A DNA stretch of 64,000 bases from Williopsis jadinii. Lineage: Eukaryota. The notes below the pieces were generated by a model. It worked only from the letters and a program-made list of their open reading frames with translations. It did no database searches and was not told where the DNA came from. Below are positions 1 to 10,975 of this stretch, piece after piece (position 1 is the stretch's first letter; the number at the start of each line of letters is the position of its first letter). The translations under genes and the position numbers were made by a program. The DNA is taken from NCBI GenBank assembly GCA_024346625.1, contig AP024667.1, positions 1,426,001 to 1,490,000 of the forward strand, read 5' to 3'.

Positions 1-3000
1 AAGTAATGAATATAGTTACTTAGGGAAAACTGCATTACTTAGATTGTTTGTATTCTGGTTTTAGGATCAATATGAAAATAATAATAAAGTCATACTTTTA
101 ACATCAACGTCTTAATTTAAGAATCTATCGGCACTATAAAGAAAGAATATATTCAAGGAATTTGGAAAGATGTGAAACACGGATAAAATGAGATAGTCTA
201 ACTAAAAGACAATCCGCAAAAACAAGAACGGGAATCAAAGCCTTTGAAAATTTTCCAGATGGGTCCGTTTAGTTCACTACCGCAATACAGAAACAGAAGT
301 ATCATCTTATTTACGAATACGGAGGTTCTGTATAGTCACGAGTAATAGGGAAATAAAGGTGAGTGTCCTAAGTTGCGTTTACTTGAAACAGATTCCAGAT
401 ACAGCTACATAAAGTACAACCCATAAATTCCTCTATTTCGCTAATGAGGCCATAATACAAAACCTATAGATCCAGCTAGATAAATTCTATTCTATGGAGA
501 CCATCTGTAAAAATGATTGTGGTTCCTGTACGTTGAGTGCATTAACTAACAGTACATCCCAAGAAGTAAATCATCACTGAAGGCTGGCAATGATATGTAA
601 CATCATTCTTAGATTATTCTCTGTGTCTTGTCCGTTCGTAAATTCTTGTACTATTAACACAGTGAACAGTCATCTATAAGAGGGTTATTACAGATAATTC
701 TATTACGCCTCCAATAACTTTGACCAACCTTATTCCAGTTTCAGTACAGACCAATACCTCGCGTTAAAACTTCTAACAAATCCAGAGACATATACCATCC
801 GTCTGGTTGGAAAACACTCATTAATGAAGAGTATCAAATCATTCTTTTGTAACAGCAATACCTTTTGAAAAGAGGCGCGTTCTTGATTGATAGTGTAATG
901 GTCGCCCTAAAAATACAAGTACATGCGGACTGACACAGACATTAACTTGTCCAGTACCGAGGCTGTGGTATGGGCGAATCGTGATACTTTCCAGGCTGTT
1001 GATTTAAAATGGGGTTCGGTCATACTATCAATGTATTCTGGTTTTCTTGTAAACGTTCATTGGGAGGCTAGAACATTCCAGCCACAGAGGACTTTATGGC
1101 TCGGTTTGGTGAAGCATGAATGTACCTCCACGTCCGGTCCAGTTTCTAGAAAGTCTTCAAATTCTATTTCCTTTGCATTTGAAGTTCGTAATAGCTATGG
1201 GCGTGCAGTACAATCTATGCTCCGTGTCCAACTTTCAAATTATACATTATGAGTACCCCAGACCTGGTCTTTGTGTACATTTGTGTGCGTTTTATGAGCC
1301 TTCAGATTACTGACCAATCCATGAAGACTTTTATTCAAAGGCTGTTGGTACTGTGTATGAGAATAGTATTGCTAAACCGAACATGATGTTGCCCTATCAT
1401 TCTCTAGAATATTCCTGGATCGTGTTGAGAAAAAGGAAAATTTCCCAGAGTATAGTTCGTATCATCACATTAACAGCTGGAGATGGTGTTAACTTTGAAT
1501 TCAACAATTGTGAGAGGTTATTTCATGGCTGGTGATACAAAAAAGTTTTACAACTTCTTGAACACCTATGCGTCCGTTTTGGAACTCCGCATTCCTTTGA
1601 GAAAGGAAACAAATATCAAATTTCAACTTTACGAAAAGATCATGCAGTATATTTTCCAATTCTTCTTGTATCAGTCCTTTTCAAGAAGGACTTTTCGTTT
1701 CTCAACATGGCATTTCAAAACGCACTCGTTGAGTATTATTAATACACTGCAAGTCTTCGTAAACCACATTGTAACTAGACACTGCATGTGATGTTTTGTT
1801 GTATAACTTTGAGAAACTTCGAAATTCTTGTAAGACAGGCTCTATGTTGGACCTCAGAGAAATCTAGAAATCTTTGCACTTGCCGTGTGCTTGTCTAGGT
1901 GCTTCCCGTCTGTCGGAAGTGAAAATGTCAAAAGTTCAGTGCTAGATTCCTTAAGTGGTAATGTCACTAAAGTTATTGAAATAATTTAAACTAATAGTTT
2001 TTGCTATAGCTATAGATAATGTCTGTAGGATCTATACTTTTTAACTATTTTACTCTCTGATTACCATCTGTTGTGTACTTTGTTATGTGGAAATTCAAAC
2101 CTTTCTTTCGTATATGTATACCATCTTTTGGACTGTTGGTCCGGTATAACTGGTTAAACCGCTTGAAAACCTTCCATTCCCTTCAAAGCCCCACCGGTGA
2201 TTCTTCGCTCAATACGTATATTACTGGCAATAACCTAAATGTGACCAGTTTGGTGCGATTAGTATATACAACGTGTTCAGCAGCCGCGTTCCAAATTATA
2301 TGCACAGCAATATGCTTAGAATGCCGGGTGTTGGATATGTATGATGACATAGATCATGTTTTACTTCTTTATTGTTGAAGACATTTTTTAAGGCCAATAG
2401 CCAAGTATTCAATCTGTAGAATTTAGGCTGATCAGTAATTCCAGTTGAAACCCAATGTTAGGTACTGTTCTTGTTGAGCCCATAAAGATCTATGAAGGCT
2501 TCCCTCATCCTCTACATCACTGTTTCAGAAAATCCCAAATAGGCCCTTCGGTTGTCAACTTGGGCTCGGGGATAAACAGCCGTACCCAATTTCTACTCAG
2601 ACTTTGATCGACGCCTTTCACGGCTGCTACACCCCAGATTTGAATAGCTGTGCATCACTCACGCAGAAAATTGCAAATCCACAACAGCATTAGTTGCTAT
2701 ATACGGAGGAATGTGTATGTACCTCCATTATATAGGACCTGGAGGACCTGGAACCGAACTTCTGCGGATATTCTGCATCTCGACGTCGGTTTATGTAGAG
2801 TTAGTTTTAACGAAAAGTTGAATTTGATCACAGCTTTTTCAAGTGTCAGAATCTTAACATACTCACACATTTCGATTGTTGAACAATATTGGATAACATT
2901 CCGTACAATTTGAATGATCTCTTTTCCAAGAGTATTTAAGAAGGCTGATATCTTCATGTTTCTTCCCAAACCTCAGTGCTTTCTTAGAACTTCAAAACCA

Positions 3001-3010
3001 TCAAACAATC

Positions 3011-6000
3011 ATGAGGCATCTTCGATGTAATATGGCGCTGTTGATGACTATGATCTCAACAGCGCTCGCTGCTACAACCACGGTGTCAACAACCATTATC
3101 ACTACAACCCAAGCTACTTTAGCTGCAACTAATACTCTTGTTGTCGAAGACGGCGGGTTTCTAGGTTATGATAACGGTAAAAATCAAAGATCGAATGTCT
3201 TCAACGGTGAGGTTAATGTTGAAAGCGGTGGTCAAATTTACATCGGTGATACTGGCAGATGGAGTGGTATGACGGTTCACTTCTCAGGCACACTGACCAA
3301 TGATGGTATAATCGTGGTAAATGGTGTAAACGAAACTTCTTCTTTGAGTTTTTATATTGATGGAGATTTAGACACCGATTTCACCAACAGTGGTCTTCTT
3401 TATGTCCTCGGTTCTGCCGTCACTAGTGGTGGTATGACCGCAGAACTCGTTACTACTGGTGGCTTTATCAACGATGGTGTTATTGCGCTCTACCAAAATC
3501 TGTACCGTAACGGTGGTTTATCGTACTTTGGAGGTCTGGCAAGCCCGGTCACTAATGATGGTACAGTTTGTCTATCATATACGAACTTGGTCGAACATGC
3601 TTATGTCTCTGGTACCGGTTGTTTCAATGTTGGAAACGATTCTCTTCTCTACTACCAATATCCTGCTAAATATTTATTGTCCACTGGGCAAACTGTTTAT
3701 CTATCATCGTCTGATTCAAAGCTCATCGTAGCTAGAGCTGATAGTATGACGAACGATTTGACTGTTGCAGGATTTGGTAACGGTAATTGGATTGGGTTGA
3801 GCGGTTATACGATTTCCGATTGGTCATACTCCGGTGATACATTAACATTCACTTTCAAAATGGCAGCAGGAAACGTCTATGAGACCTATTCCTTCATTAT
3901 TGGTACGGGCTATAATACTTCATTATTCACAAAATCAACTGGTGACCTAAGCGACTCAACAGGTAGCCTCATTTCTACTGTTGGCTATATCACATATGAT
4001 GGACCGGTGCCAGATTCTTCCGAACCAAGTGTGTGTCAAGCCTGTCCTTCACTCCTTACTGAATTTATCTCGCTTAGTACCTCGTCGTCGTCCAGTTCTT
4101 CCGCGACACTATCATCTTCATCGATTAGTTCTAGTTCTGAGTCTGGTTCCGAGTCCCTTCCAAGTGCTTACACCACTACATTCACTGATGCTAGTGGTAC
4201 TGAGTCTGGTGTTGTTTCCCACTACACCACGACCGACGCCTCTGGTAACCCATCAACTGGTGTGACTACCTCGTTGTTCTCATCTACAACTGGTTCTGAG
4301 TCTGGTTCCGAGTCCCTTCCAAGCGCTTACACCACTACATTCACTGATGCTAGTGGTACTGAGTCTGGTGTTGTTTCCCACTACACCACGACCGACGCCT
4401 CTGGTAACCCATCAACTGGTGTGACTACCTCGTTGTTCTCATCTACTACTGGTTCTGAGTCTGGTTCCGAGTCCCTTCCAAGCGCTTACACCACTACATT
4501 CACTGATGCTAGTGGTACTGAGTCTGGTGTTGTTTCCCACTACACCACGACCGACGCCTCTGGTAACCCATCAACTGGTGTGACTACCTCGTTGTTCTCA
4601 TCTACACTGGTGCCGAGTCCCTTCCAAGTGCTTACACCACTACATTCACTGATGCTAGTGGTACTGAGTCTGGTGTTGTTTCCCACTACACCACGACCGA
4701 CGCCTCTGGTAACCCATCAACTGGTGTGACTACCTCGTTGTTCTCATCTACACTGGTTCTGAGTCTGGCCGAGTCCCTTCCAAGTGCTTACACCACTACC
4801 TTCACTGATGCTAGTGGTACCGAGTCTGGTGTTGTTTCCCACTACACCACGACCGACGCCTCTGGTAACCCATCAACTGGTGTGACTACCTCGTTGTTCT
4901 CATCTACTACTGGTTCTGGTCTGAGTCCCTTCCAAGTGCTTACACCACTACCTTCACTGATGCTAGTGGTACCGAGTCTGGTGTTGTTTCCCACTACACC
5001 ACGACCGACGCCTCTGGTAACCCATCAACTGGTGTGACTACCTCGTTGTTCTCATCTACTACTGGTTCTGAGTCTGGCGCTGAGTCCCTTCCAAGTGCTT
5101 ACACCACTACCTTCACTGATGCTAGTGGTACCGAGTCTGGTGTTGTTTCCCACTACACCACGACCGACGCCTCTGGTAACCCATCAACTGGTGTGACTAC
5201 CTCGTTGTTCTCATCTACTACTGGTTCTGAGTCTGGCGCTGAGTCCCTTCCAAGTGCTTACACCACTACCTTCACTGATGCTAGTGGTACCGAGTCTGGT
5301 GTTGTTTCCCACTACACCACGACTGACGCCTCTGGTAACCCATCAACTGGTGTGACTACCTCGCTGTTCTCATCTACTACTGGTTCTGAGTCTGGCGCTG
5401 AGTCCCTTCCAAGTGCTTACACCACTACCTTCACTGATGCTAGTGGTACCGAGTCTGGTGTTGTTTCCCACTACACCACGACTGACGCCTCTGGTAACCC
5501 ATCAACTGGTGTGACTACCTCGTTGTTCTCATCTACTACTGGTTCTGAGTCTGGCGCTGAGTCCCTTCCAAGTGCTTACACCACTACCTTCACTGATGCT
5601 AGTGGTACCGAGTCTGGTGTTGTTTCCCACTACACCACGACCGACGCCTCTGGTAACCCATCAACTGGTGTGACTACCTCGCTGTTCTCATCTACTACTG
5701 GTTCTGAGTCTGGCGCTGAGTCCCTTCCAAGTGCTTACACCACTACCTTCACTGATGCTAGTGGTACCGAGTCTGGTGTTGTTTCCCACTACACCACGAC
5801 CGACGCCTCTGGTAACCCATCAACTGGTGTGACTACCTCGTTGTTCTCATCTACTACTGGTTCTGAGTCTGGCGCTGAGTCCCTTCCAAGTGCTTACACC
5901 ACTACCTTCACTGATGCTAGTGGTACCGAGTCTGGTGTTGTTTCCCACTACACCACGACTGACGCCTCTGGTAACCCATCAACTGGTGTGACTACCTCGC

Positions 6001-6881
6001 TGTTCTCATCTACTACTGGTTCTGAGTCTGGCGCTGAGTCCCTTCCAAGCGCTTACACCACTACATTCACTGATGCTAGTGGTACTGAGTCTGGTGTTGT
6101 TTCCCACTACACCACGACCGACGCCTCTGGTAACCCATCAACTGGTGTGACTACCTCGCTGTTCGATGAGAGTGTGACAAGTATTGTTGTAACGACTGTT
6201 ACAATTAGTGGAGTCGTTGAGACTGTTACAGTAACAGTTCCGTGTATCACATCAGTTTACACTGACTCTGAGGGAATCACCAAGACGGAGATAATTACTG
6301 GTATCGTTACAACAGATGAGACAGGATGTGTTAGTGTGGCATCTGTAACTTCGAATGTGATTCTGACAACTGTTACCGATGTTGTTGGTGCTGTGTCCAC
6401 TGCAACTGTCGTTGTTCCTTGTGAGCGTTGTTCCGAGACTCCAGAAACCACTAACGAGGGTGTTGAAGCAATCACTGCAACAACATCTTCTAAGGAGTCT
6501 AATGAGACTCTTGCGATCTCGACCCGTACTGAAACAGAACGCATCACAATGACCGAGGCCATCACAGATGTTGAGACATCAGGTGAATCAGGATCTGTTA
6601 CTGTTTCAGGGGTTGGCAGTACTTCAACCTCGACAGAGAAACCTCTTGGTAGTGCAGACTCTGTTACGGTGGCTGGTGAGTCATCAACCACCACCTTGGA
6701 GGCAGAAACTGAATTGAATTCCATGGGTTCCACAGGTTCCACGTTGGCTACTCTCACCACTGGTGCCATTGGCACGACAGCCACTGCTCTAGAGACATCC
6801 TACTCGGGTTCTGGTGCTATCATGAGCGCTGATGGTATTCTGGTGTCATTATTGACATTGTTGGTGTCTCTGATGATCTGA
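3011..6881 (+). CDS. Hyr/Iff-like GPI-anchored cell-wall adhesin, frameshifted within its repeat array as assembled
   Basis: Hydrophobic N-terminal signal, ~330-aa Gly/Asn-rich domain with recurring (T/I)NDG/TNSG motifs and 'GFGNGNWIGL' as in Hyphal_reg_CWP domains, Ser/Thr-rich 53-aa repeats, and C-terminal GPI signal (YSGSGAIMSADGILVSLLTLLVSLMI). Split over ORFs 3011..4729, 4726..5037 and 5034..6881. Confidence 0.85.
4135..6164 (+). repeat. Coding tandem array, 13 units of 159 bp (53 aa, GSESG(S/A)ESLPSAYTTTFTDASGTESGVVSHYTTTDASGNPSTGVTTSLFSSTT)
   Basis: Anchor GAGTCCCTTCCAAG at 4151, 4310, 4469, 4615, 4771, 4923, 5082, then every 159 bp to 6036. Confidence 0.95.
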
Positions 6882-6900
6882 TCTGATCTGATCTGATCTG
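6875..6900 (+). repeat. (ATCTG)5 microsatellite overlapping the adhesin stop codon
   Basis: gatctgatctgatctgatctgatctg read directly. Confidence 0.85.
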
Positions 6901-7181
6901 TTCATCTATTCTTCTTCTTGAGTATTCATAATAGTCGTTCTTATTATGTTTTCTTCAAGCTTTTTCTTTCTCTCCGATTACTGGCTATTTGAATTCAAAT
7001 TGCCTGGTGTACTCGGTACAGTGAGCACAGTGTGATGGCACTTTCGCCCTATACAAGCTTACTAACGTTTTTGCGTATTTTTGTCGTTGACCTTTCGATA
7101 TATTGTGATATCGTTCGAAATTTATGTTTTTATCTGTTTTCATTAAGAGCCGTATAGTTTCTCACAGCGTTTCCGTCATCA

Positions 7182-7944
7182 GTGTGTCATCTTCCAGTGA
7201 CGGAACACAACCTACCGGTCTCAGTAGCAGTGTTTGACACGCAATTACCGTACGAAGATAGGCTAGAAATTATTGTTCGAATAGGATATATAACGTTCAA
7301 AGAAGAACGCGTATATATAAGTGATATTAATGCTACTGTAGCTACGCCACACCCAAACACCAGATGTGGCTATCGGTTTGTGGCGCACCAAGGGTTACGA
7401 GCACAGGTACCAGCTTAGCAAGCTTGCACTATCAACTCTTCAGGATGATGTATTCTTCGAGGCCATCCTTGTTGATAATACGTAGCCCGACGCTTTCAGT
7501 ACCTTCAATGCCTTTACCCGGATCTGTAGGCCGATTCAGCTTCTCGTCAAGGAAGTTTTCCGCGAGGACAGACGAAAGAGACGGTCTGGTTACTGTCCCC
7601 CGATATTCAGATATAACAGTCAGCTTGCAAAGGCCAACAGATGTATTCTGAAGAAAACAGTGTCTGCCTGTCATACTTCCACAGTGAAGCTGTTCACCCA
7701 AAATCAGTGGTTGGGCACTGTGGGTGTATTGAAGAATGACAACTCCATTACTGCGGGAGTTAAAGAGATGAACAGGAAGAGAATCGCACATGCTTCTAAT
7801 ACACACAAGTCTACTACGGATATCTCAAAGAAACGAGGCAGAGGACGACTGAGGAAGTCGGAGAGGCGCTGAAACAACAAGAGGAAAACGCCTTTGGAGG
7901 AGACGGAAGCTGACACAAGTGGCACAACCACAACAAATCACTAA
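7182..7944 (+). pseudogene. Decayed coding fragment, possibly transposon-derived (OTU-like and AT-hook-like motifs)
   Basis: About 250 codons with few stops and one frame change near 7420. Contains NTRCGYRFVA, RPIQL and KKRGRGRLRK. Homologous to 34607-34790. Confidence 0.4.
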
Positions 7945-8049
7945 TTTATATACAAGATATCTACGCGTATCTTATCCTAGTCAATCCTGTAAGCAAAGCC
8001 ATATACAATTAGTGGGCCATGAATATACCATTCACTACCACTGGTTCTT

Positions 8050-8880
8050 TCAAGACGACAACCATTTTTCTACAACCTCATAGGGATCTAGGTAACTAAT
8101 AGCACGGTCAGAAACAGCAGAAGCATCTGCAACAGCATCAATGACTTCGATTGGTTTCGGTTCCGAGTGTAGAACAGCGGAATAAACAGCAAATTCCGGA
8201 TCAAGAGGTAACGCCACCAGCGTACTCAACTTGACCGGACCAAGTTTCTCACCTTCAGTGGTAACTGAGTAACCAAGTTTGGTAAGTAAATCCTTTCCCA
8301 ATACTAACGTATCGTGAAGTACGGTATTACCAGCCAAAGCAGCAACAACAAGTACCCTGAAGTGGATAGTTTCATCACCAAATTGCAAATTAACACAAGC
8401 AGACCTTGTTACAGGTATGCGAGCACCATTAGCAACAGTAATGAAAAGTTGATCATCAGTAGCCAGCTTAGAAGCACATTCGTTTCTCTCACAAACAGAT
8501 AGGGTAAGCTGACCAAAGCGATGGGGAGTATTAAGCTTCTCAAGAGTAATGGCAGATAGAACAGAAGTAGTAGCACCAGTATCAATGAGAATCTTAATAG
8601 GGGTAGGGGAGAGATCCATAGACAACAGTTGGGGAGATTGTGTATCATCAGGAGTCTCCGAAATAACAAAATCGGGAGCAGCGGGAACAGTAGACGAGAA
8701 TGAGATCATATCAGAGAATAAAGTACCAGGTTGGACAGAAAGATCAGTCAACAACGGAGTAAAATGTTCAGAGATACCATCTTGATTCTTGGAAATAGAG
8801 GAAAGTAGCAAGGATAGAACTTGATGTGAAGTAACACATTCAGTGGCTTGTGGAATTCCTAGCCTCAATGACCTCAACAT
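8050..8880 (-). CDS. Retropepsin-type aspartic protease (pol N-terminus)
   Basis: ILIDTGATTSVL active site, ITVANG flap and DTLVLGKDLL motif typical of Ty3/Gypsy proteases. Confidence 0.85.
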   Translation of the reverse strand: MLRSLRLGIPQATECVTSHQVLSLLLSSISKNQDGISEHFTPLLTDLSVQPGTLFSDMISFSSTVPAAPDFVISETPDDTQSPQLLSMDLSPTPIKILIDTGATTSVLSAITLEKLNTPHRFGQLTLSVCERNECASKLATDDQLFITVANGARIPVTRSACVNLQFGDETIHFRVLVVAALAGNTVLHDTLVLGKDLLTKLGYSVTTEGEKLGPVKLSTLVALPLDPEFAVYSAVLHSEPKPIEVIDAVADASAVSDRAISYLDPYEVVEKWLSS

Positions 8881-10819
8881 CCAAAAGATCAGGATCAGTG
8901 GCTAGACCAGCATCTTCCTTCATACGTCTGATAACCGGGTTGTATTCGTTACCATCTTCCGACATGATTTCAGAAATGACCTCTTCCAAGTAATAAAGTT
9001 TCTGGTTAGTAGGAGTCTTGTTCTCATTGATGTCAACGAGGTTAACTTCCTTGCGTGATCTTTCCTGTTTGGCTAACATGAGTAACCATTTGATAGCGTC
9101 TTGTTTGGCGTGAGAACAGTAATGACAGTAACAGCCAAGGTGTATTCCACTGTGTTGTTCATGGGTACCACTAGGAAATGTTGACTGGGAATAGTTATTT
9201 CCATTTCCACCATTGTAACCATAAGAGTTACGGTTGTAGGAGTTTCCATTGCCATAACCATTGTGACCACGTTGATAGTTACCATTGTTCTTACCATTGT
9301 TCTTACCACCAGAGTTGTGAGAGTTACGACTCCCTTGACCATTGTAACCACGTTGATAGTTACCATTGTTCTTACCACCAGAGTTGTAAGAGTTACGACT
9401 CCCTTGACCATTGTGACCACGTTGATAGTTACCATTGTTCTTACCATTGTTCTTACCATTGTTCTTACCATCAGAGTTGTAAGAGTTACGACTCCCTTGA
9501 CCATTGTAACCACGTTGATAGTTGCCATTGTTCTTACCATTATTATACTTAATGACATTGGGTTCTCCTTCAACTTCACACTCAGTGTCATCAGAGTTTG
9601 CCATTTGGTTGAACTGAATGACTTGTGATGGTTTACCAACAAGAACATCCACGTCATCAGGTTTGGACCAGACATAGTCTTCAGCAGGAGATGGAATAAC
9701 ACCAATGTTGACTTCACGGAGAAAGTCAGCCAGGTGACCCCAGTTCTGGACATGCTGGAAATCAAATGTAGTTTGTGGAACCAGATCATAAAGAATGTCT
9801 CTAATAATGTACAGACCTTGAGTAAAATTCAATTTGAACTTGTGAATACCTCTCCATTTCTCAGCCCACTCGATCAAAGTGGCGTTAACACTGGTATTCT
9901 TACGAATGATCACGTTACTCAAACGCTGACACTTCTTAAGAAGATATCTGTATAGTTCACGTTCATCAGCAAAAAAGTAGAGAAGCAGAGCTTTCCAACA
10001 ACCAACAACATAAGAGTGGCCACCACCAACTCTATTACCAATGAGTCCATCAATTCCATCAGCAGTAGGCTCATGCTTAACAGATTCAACAAGGATCATA
10101 TAGACCCATTGATCAGTTCTGAATCGATTGCAAGTACAGAATTGCTGAGCAGACATTAACCAAGTGACCCTTTCGTCAATGGTCATGTTACGTGGATCAG
10201 AGTCGATGATTCTAGGACGGGAAGCGCTGTAGTTGGAGCCAGGACCGCCGACCTCCATGATACAACTCTTCTCAGCATCCGCAAGGGGAATAAGATTTGG
10301 CTTAACATCCTGAATAAGCTTCAACAATCCATCTTCAACAGGAGTAGTTTTGAAGATCCTAGGCCTAGACTCTTCAAACTTCTTCACCTTGGGGTTGGAA
10401 GCATTGGATCTGCCAGTACCAAAGTTGTACTTCTCAGAAAAGGCCTCGGGATCAAAGTTCTTTTTGAACGGAGGAGTTTTCTCAGGAGTGCCAGTTGGCT
10501 TGTTCTCAGGATTGTTGTCTCTTCCCATGAACTTAGTGACTTCAGCGAGAGTCTTATCGACCTCTTTGTCATGCTTCTCCCGTTCTTCCCTATCCTTCAA
10601 GTAGATCTTGATGAAATCGTTCATGGTCATTGAAACACCATTATTGTTATCATCATCTTCTTCTTCCATTCTAGAAGTATCATTGTCAAAGTCAGAGGGA
10701 ACATCCTCATAGTCATCAAGGGAGGAATGTTCAGAGGTCTCTTCATGAGTCCTTTCACGGTTTCTCTCACGAGCAGCAGCTTCTTTGGCCTTGATTTTGC
10801 TTCTAGTACCTTTACTCAT
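8840..10819 (-). CDS. Gag-like protein (659 aa) with capsid-like core, N/G-rich repeat domain and Cys/His cluster
   Basis: Uninterrupted ORF; 'VTWLMSAQQF...DQWV...CWKALLLYFF' resembles the gypsy capsid N-terminal domain pattern; lies directly 5' of a DTG protease. Confidence 0.7.
   Translation of the reverse strand: MSKGTRSKIKAKEAAARERNRERTHEETSEHSSLDDYEDVPSDFDNDTSRMEEEDDDNNNGVSMTMNDFIKIYLKDREEREKHDKEVDKTLAEVTKFMGRDNNPENKPTGTPEKTPPFKKNFDPEAFSEKYNFGTGRSNASNPKVKKFEESRPRIFKTTPVEDGLLKLIQDVKPNLIPLADAEKSCIMEVGGPGSNYSASRPRIIDSDPRNMTIDERVTWLMSAQQFCTCNRFRTDQWVYMILVESVKHEPTADGIDGLIGNRVGGGHSYVVGCWKALLLYFFADERELYRYLLKKCQRLSNVIIRKNTSVNATLIEWAEKWRGIHKFKLNFTQGLYIIRDILYDLVPQTTFDFQHVQNWGHLADFLREVNIGVIPSPAEDYVWSKPDDVDVLVGKPSQVIQFNQMANSDDTECEVEGEPNVIKYNNGKNNGNYQRGYNGQGSRNSYNSDGKNNGKNNGKNNGNYQRGHNGQGSRNSYNSGGKNNGNYQRGYNGQGSRNSHNSGGKNNGKNNGNYQRGHNGYGNGNSYNRNSYGYNGGNGNNYSQSTFPSGTHEQHSGIHLGCYCHYCSHAKQDAIKWLLMLAKQERSRKEVNLVDINENKTPTNQKLYYLEEVISEIMSEDGNEYNPVIRRMKEDAGLATDPDLLDVEVIEARNSTSH
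9190..9545 (-). repeat. In-frame tandem repeats in gag: 69-bp unit (NNGNYQRG(Y/H)NGQGSRNS(Y/H)NS(G/D)GK) plus 12-bp NNGK sub-repeats
   Basis: GTTGATAGTT anchor at 9271, 9352, 9421 and 9514 (spacings 81, 69, 93 = 69 + n x 12). Confidence 0.9.
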
Positions 10820-10877
10820 TCCGAAGAATTGAATGATTCAATCGATTGATAATTGAGTAACAATGTTTGTAAACAAC

Positions 10878-10975
10878 TTCTTATAACAGCTTTCTTATAA
10901 CAGATTTGTTCATAACAAGTTTCTTATAACGGTTCGTAGAACAGGTTTCGTAGAACAGGTTTCGTAGAACAGGTT
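10878..10975. repeat. ~14-bp-period tandem array in the gag 5' leader
   Basis: TTCTTATAAC-type units at 10878, 10892, ~10909 and 10921, grading into TTCGTAGAACAGG at 10933, 10947 and 10961. Confidence 0.85.

Noticed and set aside
1..3000. Short ORFs and protein-like fragments upstream of the adhesin
   Set aside because: No recognisable motif in the frames I translated; may be a long promoter or decayed sequence, but I cannot support a call.
4135..6164. CRISPR-like regular array
   Set aside because: No unique spacers; it is a coding tandem repeat in a eukaryotic adhesin.
9073..9789. Alternative-frame repeat ORFs inside gag
   Set aside because: By-products of the stop-poor tandem repeat.
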